A DNA stretch of 64,000 nt. Origin: Antedon mediterranea (taxonomy: Eukaryota; Animalia; Echinodermata). The stretch covers positions 1,612,001-1,676,000 of the forward strand of contig NC_092673.1 of NCBI RefSeq assembly GCF_964355755.1, written 5' to 3'. Under the pieces are notes generated by a model. It had not been told where the DNA came from and searched no databases. It saw only the letters and a list, made by a program, of their open reading frames with translations. Below, one piece after another: positions 1 to 12,600 of this stretch. The first letter of the stretch is position 1. Each line of letters begins with the position of its first letter. The translations under genes and the position numbers were made by a program.

Positions 1-260
1 GGAAAATTGTACAATTTTAACATTTTATATTTATTTCTAAACTTTAAGGACTGGGAGAATATCGCCTGGTAAATATTGTGAATCATCTCTCGGACATAGG
101 GAAAGGACCCAGTCAGTTGTGACTCATCCTTCTTTCTCCTTCCCAAATATACATAGGCCTATACGTATTTTCAGAACAAAGGTTGCAATTTTAAGATTTT
201 TTATTTATTTCATAATTGAAATGTAAAACCGGTGTATGATATACTTTATTGAATCATATC

Positions 261-755
261 TCAGACATGAATAGGGAGTACGATCGGTTGGACCTAGCCA
301 CACCCACTCCACCCCTCAGACATGGATAGGGAGTACGATCGGTTGGACCTAGCCACACCCACTCCACCCCTCAGACATGGATAGGGAGTACGATCGGTTG
401 GACCTAGCCACACCCACTCCACCCCTCAGACATGGATAGGGAGTACGATCGGTTGGACCTAGCCACACCCACTCCACCCCTCAGACATGGATAGGGAGTA
501 CGATCGGTTGGACCTAGCCACACCCACTCCACCCCTCAGACATGGATAGGGAGTACGATCGGTTGGACCTAGCCACACCCACTCCACCCCTCAGACATGG
601 ATAGGGAGTACGATCGGTTGGACCTAGCCACACCCACTCCACCCCTCAGACATGGATAGGGAGTACGATCGGTTGGACCTAGCCACACCCACTCCACCCC
701 TCAGACATGGATAGGGAGTACGATCGGTTGGACCTAGCCACACCCACTCCACCCT
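261..755. repeat. 55-bp minisatellite, 9 near-identical copies
   Basis: Unit TCAGACATGGATAGGGAGTACGATCGGTTGGACCTAGCCACACCCACTCCACCCC recurs at 261, 316, 371, 426, 481, 536, 591, 646 and 701. Confidence 0.97.
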
Positions 756-1396
756 CCATCGTCACTTTCTCCCTCCTCCAATGTACACGTCACGGCCGAG
801 TTAAGTATACGAGAAGCAGCCAAAGTAATATATCATTCTGCAGTATATTATATAACATCATGCTCAATTCATTAGCCTTATACATTTTGTGAAGACGCGG
901 TGTTTCTTTCAAAAGAAACTAAGTCAATTTGTTCTAAGTGAACTGTATTGATGCTAAAAAAAAGGTTGACGAACCTCTCACCTTAATAAGAAAACACAAT
1001 ACATGAAACAAACACATTATGTTTACCGACTGACAAAATCGTGTGTAAGCTACTATAGTAATATTATTTGTCTGAAGATTTAGTTTATTACTAATACGGC
1101 AATATAAACAGAAAGCCCCCGTCTTCGTATGAGTATACTAGTAGTAGGCACTGTACACTATTTTCAGCCCGGAAATGTTAGAAAGCGTAGTTTCCACTTA
1201 AACGCAATGACGTAGAAGCAATGCAATTGAAGTCACCAATCACAAGCTCGGATGATTCATGCATCGTGATTGGTCAAATTTCTTGAGGCGCGCTTACGTC
1301 CTTACGTTGAGTGTAAATGGGAACCAAGCTTTAAAACACGGGACCGATTTTAGCTTAGTTTCTATGATTTCGTCTCCTCTGCAGAAATACTTGTAA

Positions 1397-1506
1397 AGCT
1401 CTGTCGACACTATCAAACTTTTATGTGATAGTGATATCGCTACCATATTTAGGCATATCACTACCATATTTCGGCACATCACATTTTTTATAGTGTAGAC
1501 AGAGCT
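1397..1506. mobile_element. MITE family A copy (TIR AGCTCTGTCTACACTATCAAAC)
   Basis: Both TIR ends and the internal 21-bp unit are present; internally deleted. Confidence 0.85.
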
Positions 1507-2136
1507 TTATACAGATATTAATCTTTAAAAAACACATTAAAATTAGAAGCACTTTTAATTTAAAAATATACATCTTAAACAGATTATAATAAACACATAG
1601 AATGATTGGTAAAAATAAACATTAAATAATACAAACAAACTAATTATGCTCTATTAATATATAGTATAGATAATATAGTAAACTATAATTCTCTATGATT
1701 AACATTATTAATTACTTTCTGTGTATATAAGTACATATAAGTACATATAAGTACATATAAGTACAATTTTAAGAAAACTTAGCCTACATATAAAGTGCCA
1801 AATAGTAAAATTCATTATTGATATTTTTAAGGTTTGTCTCATTTGGTAAATATATGTATTACAGTGTTAGCACCTCTTGTGATCAACATTTAAACCTACC
1901 CTTTGTATTTCAACTTTCATTACAAACATTATATTCATAAAACTATACATTAATATTGCATTCTATCCTAATGTAAGAAGATGTCCATAAGTATTACAAG
2001 CTCCAATAATTATTAGGAATCCCATCAAAAACTATCCTTTACATTTAGTACTGAAGATAACATTGTTCTAAAATCTGAACATTGTGTTCTGTGGTCTTTA
2101 ATTAAAGTTCAGACTTTTAAAATTAAATATTTCAGT

Positions 2137-5100
2137 TTAAATTGACACGTACATTGCTTGTTGGCGTCGTCTCTTATATCTACGGCGAGCAGCAAGTATT
2201 AACATGATTGTACCCAAAAACAGCAAAACACAATAAACGCCAAGCAGACCGTAGTACACGGGTTCATGTATCAAAATAGAGGGCAACTCTGATGGAATAC
2301 CATTGGTGGCGTTCACCATGTAACCTAGCGACCAGCCTACGTTTGTGCCTTCGATCTGTAAATTAAATGAATATTAGTATTTATATAATTAAATTTAATT
2401 AGCATTCAATTTTAGATTCATCTAAACCTATATCACAATGGTTAAAGGTTTTTAATTAATCATAGTCATTATTAAGATGATCATATTCGTTGTGATTAGA
2501 ATCACATCATAACCCTATTCAATGTGATTAGAATCACATTATAATCACATTCAATGTGATCAGAATCACATCATAATCATATTCAATGTGTTTAGAATCA
2601 CATTATAATCACATTCAATTTGAGCAGAATCACATCATAATCATATTAAATGTAATCAGAATCACATCATAATCACATTGAATGTGATTAGAATCACATT
2701 GAATGTGATTAGAATCACATCATAATCATATTCAATGTGATTAGAATCACATTATAATCATATTCAATCTGATCAGAATCACATCATAATCATATTCAAT
2801 GTGATTAGAATCACATCATAATCACATTCAATGTGATTAGAATCACATCATAATCACATCATAATCATATTCAATGTAATCAGAATCACATCATAATCAC
2901 ATTCAATGTAATCAAAATCACATCATAATCATATTCAATGTGATCAGAATCACATCATAGTCATATTCAATGTGATCAGAATCACATCATAATCACATTT
3001 AATGTGATTAGAATCACACATCATTATGAACCATATCATGTAGTAGGTATCGATTAAACTCTTTTAGTGCAAGTATAAATATTTATGAGATACTATGTAT
3101 CATAATTACTTAAAATACTTTGAAATAAGAATGCTTTGAAATCAATATTAAGCACCTTATTGTTGAGTTGATTAATAATGCATGAAAGTTAAAAGTGAAA
3201 TCCCTCAGGATTACAAGGAAGGCAGTAAATGCCATCAGATACAAATCAAATGCATATTTTAATTGATTCTATTCAAGTGACTGTTCACTGCACAATTATA
3301 TTCTATTAGATATTTTACAATTTGACTGATCAAGCTTGCTCCCCACTTGGATGTAATGACGTAGGCCGAATGCAAGTGAGTTGATACAGGATAGCTCATT
3401 ACAAGTAATAATTGCACTATAAAGTCAATTAGTAAACATTCATTATTATTTTCATTGGTAGGCCTATACAACTCAAAATGTTTAAGAATTGATTCCATAT
3501 TTATTATTATTTTTATTAAATGAGAATTAAGGACCACACCTTCTGTTAAAAACTTTAAAATGCTCACTCTTCTATGGTTCCTGAACCAAAACCTTTGCCC
3601 AACCTCTCCCTATTGTATGCATATATATTTTGGATATATATTTCATATTTTATTTGTGGTGTTTGTCAGTTCTTATTTTTTGTAATTGTATATTTTAAGA
3701 CATGTTAACATTGTACTCTCTGTACAGTGCACTATTTCCTCTTGAATGGTTGAAGGAAACATGCAAGAGTCAGCAATGACAGACAATGATTGAGGTATAT
3801 AGTCATGGCAACCTAACATTAAAGTATGTACAAATTATATAGACTTCATTTATCTTGTTGTCAATTATTGCAATGTTTGTAAGGCCTAATTATAGACATA
3901 CCATTTTTATTTGTATGGTGAGTGCCAAGTTGTGTAAAAGCTCTAGAGTTTTTCTAGGTACTGTGAAATACCACTAAACTTATGGAATTCAAAGCACTAT
4001 CAAACTAGTTTCACAAAAAAGTGTGATGTGCCCAAATATGGTAGTGATATGACATCATTATGTCCACATATGGGCCAATCACATTTTGTTGTCACATAAA
4101 GTTTGATAGTGTGGACAGAGCTTAACAGTAGAATGATAAATGTGAATTTCAAAATTTCATTTGATAATTCAAGCAAATCAGATTTGGATATTACTGATAG
4201 CATTACTGTATGTTTCACCAAATATTATACATTTTGCAATGATTTAGTGTTCATAAGTTCACACAGTCACAACCACCTAATGAAATATGAGTTTCATTAA
4301 TTAATGATTTCTAGCCGTAAACCAGAAATCAATTAATAAATGTTTGTGTCGGTATATCACAATTCATTCTCACCTGTTCTCAAAAAGGAAAAGGATGATC
4401 ATGTGGCGGATATTGAATTTATGCAAATTATAAAATTTATATATATTGTAGAGAGATGTTTAATCACAGACATTTAAATGTACAAATTTAAAATTCAATG
4501 TTGTAATATGTAGATTGTGGCTTGATAGGTCACACATTTATTCATGTTATTCAGGACTTTTGTGAAACGAACAAGGGGGAATACATATATGTTTTAACAC
4601 TAAAGCCACCCACTATCCAGGGGACTTTATTAAGGGTCTCCAAGGTGTCCACTTATAAGAAGGGGTTAAGAAAGGGAGTTTTTTTTTATCAGTCAGAATA
4701 TGAAAATTGGCCTATATAACTAGAATATGAAATATTCCACAATTGAGAACACCAGCTTCAATCTAAATGAAATACATGTTGTAGGTGGCAATCAGAAATA
4801 AAACAATTATCACAGCATCCATCAAAAAACGTGTATGAGAAATACAATTCATATTTTATAAAACAAATTTTACAAAAATTGACATAAATTTCGGACTAGA
4901 ACCAAGGATTTTGAAACATCCTACAGCGCCACTAAAAATTATAAAGCAAGTCACTAAGTGAAGTTATGTTTGTCAGAGACACTAGTAGTAGATAGTGTAG
5001 CTGGTAATAATATAGGTTAACCACAGTAGTATGTTGATTTGACTTTTATTAAGCAATTTGAACAAATTCTGCTGATTGGCTGAATCTTTATGGTCATTTT

Positions 5101-6589
5101 TAACATTTAACATTAACGCATTTCACAAGCCAACACAGAAAGCATTATCTGTCCGCGTAATAAAAAATAATACCGATAATGTACATAATTTATTTCATGT
5201 ACCATCGTTTAATAAAGTAGGGTTCAACTATAATTATGAATTGTCCTAGTTGCCAGGTATACCAATTCACGTATTAAGTTCCAAACCCTATAAGCAATGC
5301 ATCAAATTGAATACGCTCACAGAATAATGATTTTCTCTTTAAAGCTCTGTCTACACTATAAAACAAGTTTGACCAAAAATGTGTGATGTGCCCAAATATG
5401 GTAGTGATACGCCCAAATATGGTAGTGATATGACATCATCATGTCCATATATAGGCACATCACATTTTGTTTTCACATGAAATTTGATAGGGTAGACAGA
5501 GCTTTAGTTTGAATGAGATTCATCAATGTGTGATGAACAAGTGTAAGCACAAAATGGCATACTTTTCTCTTGTCACAGAGCCTATCACACACAAACCCCC
5601 CAGTGGTTTAATGTGATATCCACAAATATAAATATCACTCATCAAATTGTAATTCTTCAAGGAATGTCAAGTATAGCAAGAGCTGTACTGTACGTATAAT
5701 AACGACAAAAAAAAAAGCAACCCAAAAACCACTTCCTAGTAATAAAATCATAATTTATAGATCCAATATAAAGCTACCTCTGTACATTGAGTGGTGTACA
5801 TAAACATATAAAATATAAACTTAAATTGTATATACATTTTAATTGGAATCTTGTTTCAATGTCAAGGAGTTATGCCATTAGAAGACTAAGCCCGCTAGGC
5901 ACATGGTTGCGGATATTTTGGAGCACATTACGTTTTTAGCATCACGGATAAGGAGAGATATTAGATAAAACTTACAATTTTTACAACTGCTACAAACACA
6001 TACGTACTTAGTTTTACAGGGGTAGATGTTTGTTAACCTCAGTTTCAAGCCTAGACTTGATGACACAGATAACTTACAAAAAGTTACAAAAATACTGGGC
6101 CCTCTGAGAAAACAGTCTTTGACTGAAGAGGTTCCCCAGTATAAAGAAGATATATAAATGAATGAAGATAAATAAAAATTAGAAACTTACATCTCGGACA
6201 AATTCAATATTCCAGTTATCCTCAGTGAAATTGTACACATCTACTAACAGGGTGTACACATAGTTGATATCAAAACAATAAAGATAAATATTATCCCATA
6301 TGTCTGGGATATTCTGAATCTAAATAAAAAATAATAAAATGACAAAATTAGAAATAAATAAAACATTGCAGTAGTCATAAGGAAAGGTCTTTCTTATTGT
6401 TGGTATCTAAAGCTCTGTCCACACTATCAAACTTTATGTGACAACAAAAGGTGATGTCATATCACTCCCATATTTGAACATATCACTACCATATTTGGGC
6501 ACATCAAACTAGTTTGATAGTGTAGACAGAGCTTTATAGAAAACAGATTTGTATATAACCTATGATGAGATGATGACAAATGAACAAAA

Positions 6590-6628
<39 letters not shown>

Positions 6629-9600
6629 ACACATTATTATATTGCAGGGAACAAGGAAATGGCCGTTCTTAATTAGCTATGGTGAGTGACAACTTCAACA
6701 AAAAAAAGAAAGGGTGATTTATGATGATAACAATAATAATGCTGGAATGTTGTATGTGCAAATGTCTATGAAACAATTAACTATAAATAATGAAAGCTAA
6801 GATTGATTGTAAATGTATCGAAAATGCTGTTTCTATTCCCATCACTGTTAAACATCTCAAACATTCTGAATAATTCAAAACCTTTCTCAAAATTTAAATT
6901 TCAACTTACGTCCGTCAAATTTCTGCGGCAGAATTCATCTCTGGTGACGTTCAACTGATTAATAGTGGCATTAGATGTTAGGTTGAGATTGTCGATAGCA
7001 TAGTAATAACCACTAAATGCCTGCAACAAAATACAAGTTGAGAATTACGGAAGTGCAGTAGTTGTGAGTCCTTAGGGCGTCAGGCTACTCAAGTTTATTA
7101 AAAATCTAATTCTCAATTGTCTAATGAGATATACAAAAATAATGCATTTTAAATTTTTATTTTAGTTTTCATTATGTAATAATCATGCATTATGAATATT
7201 TTATTTAACCTCGACAACACAAATGAAATGAATTATTAAAGGTTTCTTATTACACTTCAATGTATATTGATGCCAGGAGAGAAGATGAAGATGAGAATGT
7301 AAAAGGATGATGGTAGGCCGCCAGGGGCAGGTAGCATCAAATGCTATGTATTAAAGTCTGTATCTACACTATCAAACTAGTTTGACAAAAAAAATGTGCG
7401 ATGTGCCCAAATATGGTACGTCAACAATTGTAGGGAATGGGTGTTTAAGTTGTCTTTTATACTGTAAATATTGAATGTAAAGAATGAAAGCACTTTTCCT
7501 TCCCATACATTCTGTTTTTGTTACGTGGATGCTTGGTTCAAGGTTATTGCATCACGATTGATTTGTTCAATCATTTCATCGTTAACTGAAAATAAATGAA
7601 CACTCAAGACTTGTTTTCGATCAGTTTAAATTAATTTTACAGCAATAAGAAGTCACCATAAATCTGATTCTGCGACGAGCTGGATTCGCAGAATAATAAT
7701 GAGTATGGATGAATTATGAGCCGTTGGGATTTAGGGAGAGTAAGGAACTACGAAACAAGATATCGTGTTATTATCATCTTTATTCTCATTGCGGGAAAAA
7801 TGCTCTAGGGAACGAATGGGTAGATAGATAGATAGATAGAACGAATATATATAAAGCATAGGATGAAGATATACTGTATAGCCGATTGTATAGTGCTGCA
7901 ATAGGTGAAAGAGTAGCTCTGGGTTTGAAATATTTATTACTTATTAACAAACAAACAAACCTTCGCAACCTTCATCCCATGCATAATGTATTTGAGGTGT
8001 TACGCAAATAGAAGTAATTTTCCATTGATGAATGAATGAATGAAGAACCAACATTTATGATAACCTCACTTATTTTATAAAAGTGGTGAAGCGGAATGAT
8101 CGCTGTGAAATAAGCTCCTTTTTTTAAAAAAGCGATGCTACTGGATTTTTACATAGCAAAATACGATTCTATTACAAATACCTACTTGGTTAACAAAGTC
8201 ATTGAAAATCTGTATCGTATATATAGCATTATGAAAAATTTTAAACTAAGTAAGAGCTATGCTTAAAATTTTATATAGAAGAATAGATGGTAGGATGTAG
8301 GAATGAATAATTAAACAGATGATTGAATGAATTGAAGAAAACAAAGAATGAGCAGATAAATGAATCAATGGATGAATAACAAAATGAAAGAGGATAATAC
8401 GGATAAATGAAATGAATTGATGGATAAATAGATGTATGATGAGGAGACAGATGGCTGGGTTCTGAAACGTAATTTAATATGTGCATGTAAAAAATGTAAT
8501 AGGACACATTGGACGTGACAGCTAGATATTTTTATTTTTATTCTACACAACCTCACACAGGTTAGTTATCTGTAGGGCAACAACATGTGAGTATAGACAA
8601 AATCTGGAACATTCAAACAAATTTAAGCCTTGTCTACACTATCAAACTTTATGTGACAAAAAAATGTGATGTGCCCATATATGGACATGTCATATCACTA
8701 CCATATTTGGGCACATCACACTTTTTTTGTCAAACTAGTTTGATAGTGTAGACAGAGCTTTAGCAATATGAATAAACCTGATTTATTAAAGAAGTTTGAA
8801 GATTGTAAATTAATTAGTAAGGTGAATTTGACGTCTTAGGAATTCACAATGATTAATGAGGAACAAGGCTTGAATACTGATTTTCAATTTACACAAAATT
8901 TAAATCAATAATCACACCATAACGATAAATATAATAAAATTAGCCATTAAACCCACGAAGAGAAATATACATTAATAATTATTATCCGTCCAATATGATA
9001 AAGTTCTTTGAACTATCATCCCTACCACCCACACACTACTATAATGTACTCTTAACATTCTATATGTGTATCCAAATATACAGTATTCAGTACCACTAAT
9101 AACTAGATGGGTGCTAGTATTAGCAACTTTTTTATTCTTAGAAAAATCCTGCCATTTGGACTAGAGTAGGATCCGATCTGATCGAAATGTGGATATTATT
9201 AGGCAAGCTAAAAACCAAGCTTTTCATGGATATATGTTTTTTAAAAAAAAGAGTAAAAAACAAGCAAAAAGAGATGAAAAATAGTAAGAGTTGGCCAGGT
9301 CAAGTGAGCAATGGCAATTTATTTTTAACTATGCAACTAACAATATAACATGCTTTCAGATATTTTTGTCTGTTACAACCAGAAAAAGAGAAATTAAATG
9401 ATTATTGAAAAAAAAAACTCTGCTTAACTTACCACAAACTTGCCATATGGCGTTGGTTGATGAACACCATCAAATGAACATGGTTCATCCTCACATGGTG
9501 CAGAAAAATTAAAAAGGTTATGAACTTTGACCAAACATTCATCAGGGTCACTTGTACCTATAAAGAAGTACTTTATATCATTTTCAGTGAAATTTTGATC

Positions 9601-12600
9601 TGATTGGCTTTGAGTGCAGGGAGCCTTCCATAGATAACTCCCGTACATACTCTCATTAAGCCCCAATGCTCCACATGGATTGGTCACTTCCTCGGAATAA
9701 TTTGCATTCTAAAAAACAAACAAATAAAGTACTAAATTGATTAAATATTTCTTATACAAATAATTAATGTTTATGAGTTGAAGTTCTATTCTATTCTCTT
9801 CAATAAAAAAGCTGACCATGCAATAGAACTATTAAATTAGTATTATCATACATTATAACTAATAATGAACAGGACATATTACAATAGATAGTAAGATTGT
9901 CATATTATGGTATAACATGGGTGAATAATTTATTTTATTAAAAACATGTTGCTGCAACATAAATCACAATTTTTTTATAAGCAAACCATACCATGCAATA
10001 GAACCATGCAATAGAACCATGCAATAGAACCATTAAATAGAATCATGCAATAGAACCATTAAATAGAACCATGCAATAGAACCATTAAATAGAACCATGC
10101 AATAGAACCATTAAATAGAACCATGCAATAGAACCATTAAATAGAACCATGCAATAGAACCATTAAATAGAACCATGCAATAGAACAATTAAATAGAACC
10201 ATGCAATAGAACCATGCAATAGAACCATTAAATAGAACCATGCAATAGAACCATGTAATAGAACCATGCAATAGCACCATTAAATAGAACCATTAAATAG
10301 AATTATAAATAATTGTTTAAAGGTAAGTCATACCTCTACTAGACTGGCATAAAATTGACGTCTTGCCTCGTTCTTCCCATAGCACAAGTAACTATGAGTG
10401 TACACCACATAGTCACTGCCATAAAGACGTAGGTGCTGACTATCACCAACTGGAAGAGCTTCAGGAACCTCTGGAATAAAAGAGATTTGTGTCGAGGCTC
10501 CACCAAGATCAAGAGCGCCAACTGTTGGCATCGCATTCTCAGAGAAAATTAAGCTACGTACGTGTCTTTCAAAAGATGACCCCTGCAAAAATAAATAAGC
10601 AAAGTTAATTATTTTATTTTATTATAATCAACTTAAACGGGCATATTAATGTCTTGATTATCTTTTCTATATCTCTGATCCCATACTAAGAGTAGACCTC
10701 CCGCTTCCTCACTCTACCCTTCCCATTTACTATCTCTCTCTCTGATCCCATACTAAGAGTAGACCTCCCGCTTCCTCACTCTACCCTTCCTCATTTACTA
10801 TCTCTCTCTGATCCCATACTAAGAGTAGACCTCCCGCTTCCTCACTCTACCCTTTCTCATTTACTATCTCTCTCTGATCCCATACTAAGAGTAGACCTCC
10901 CGCTTCCTCACTCTACCCTTCCTCATTTACTATCTCTCTCTCTCGCCTATATATATTATATATTAACCTCTTTTCTGTCCTCCCAAATGAATTAAATTCA
11001 TGGTTTTTACTGAAATAATATGTACATAAAGCATCAATTGAGACAACTTTTTTTTAGATTTTCTTTAATACAATTTAAAATTTCATCAAATTATGAATAC
11101 AAGATTACCATTAAATTATAATAAAAATAATATAATTTTGATGTAAAATGTTGCCAAGTAACTGCGTGATGTTCTCCATCAAACATTTATGTGGCCATGA
11201 GTAGTAATCTGTTTACAGGCATTCACAGAACTTTATGGTTAAATTTATGATAAGATTCAAAGTACTTGGATCATTGAAAGTACCTAGAGTGATGCTGTAT
11301 CATTAATGGTACCATTACTAAGATGCTGTATCTCACAAACATGCACATTCCAAGGCTAAGCATATCTCTCAAGGGATGTTTACAATAAAATATTCATCTA
11401 TTGTACTGTTCAGACTCTCTGTATATACAAAGCGATATAATCTTTTCATGCTCAGATGTTAGTGGATATATGTACTTCAGAAATATTATTGTTATTAGTT
11501 CTGGAAGAGCAGAAAAGAAAATGTGTAAGCGAAACCTTTAAATATCTAAAAAATATTATTAATCCAATTATTGAATATAAAATTAATGTTTTTGTTGGTT
11601 TTTAATGTTGGTGTCACAATCCATTTGCAGCTTAAATTAAGCTATACTAGAATTTGCGGCAGGTGAATCCTCCTGGTTACATTTCACAGGGGCTGAATTT
11701 TACACGGGTTGACTCTCTACTAATCACAAAAGATGCCCTGGGCTCTCAAAAGTGTAACCAAGCCATGTGTCTATACTGGACATTGGTTTTACATTATTGT
11801 ACTATTTACGATTTTATGTACATACTGTAGGATGCAGTACCCATACTTCAACCACTCTGCCCCTCAACCTATCTTAGTTTTGTCGTCTGGTTTTTCGTTT
11901 AACAAATGGAATTAAAAAGAATTATCATATAGCCGTCTGTATAAACAGTGTGTTGAGGGCGACATTGTCAAATACACTGTTTATCACATTTTAGGTACTA
12001 CATACATTGTTCACGTAATTGATTGATGTTGATGTGATACTGACTTTCCTATTAACAGCATTGTACTACAATACCTGTTATGTAACTACTACCTGGATGA
12101 GTGATAATATTTACATACTCCAATATTTGTTTATCATTCTAAAGCTCTGTCTACACCGTCAAACTAGTTTGACACAAAAAGTGTGATGTGCCAAAATATG
12201 GTAGTGATATGACACCATGTCCATATATGGGCACATCACATTTTTTTGTCACATAAAATTTGATAGTGTAGACAGAGCTTTATTCTTTCATTTTTTCTAT
12301 CACTTACATCAACAAAGGAATGAAGAAGTATGTTGGTGGTGATCCAGCCATATGTACCCTCTTCTTCACCGGTGATAATACGTGCTTGATCATCAGTAAA
12401 ATTAAATGGATAAGAAGCAATGGTTTGCCGAACAGAATCCAGAATGGCGTCACTTGTGTCTGGGTCAGTTTCACTGTAAATAAAATAAGTCTTAACATTA
12501 TAAAATAATTTTGTACGTACAATGTAGGATAAGTGGCTACCTAACTCATAGTAGTTTTAAGATGTTTAATCAGTTAACAATTAGGGGTCTACTAAATACC

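Noticed and set aside
261-755. Regular repeats resembling a CRISPR array
   Set aside because: Units are contiguous and identical, with no unique spacers and no cas genes, in a eukaryotic context. It is a minisatellite.
3259-3567. 102-aa ORF and other 60-110-aa AT-rich ORFs in introns and intergenic DNA
   Set aside because: I/L/F/K/N/Y-biased composition typical of random AT-rich frames, with no motifs and no need for them in the gene models.
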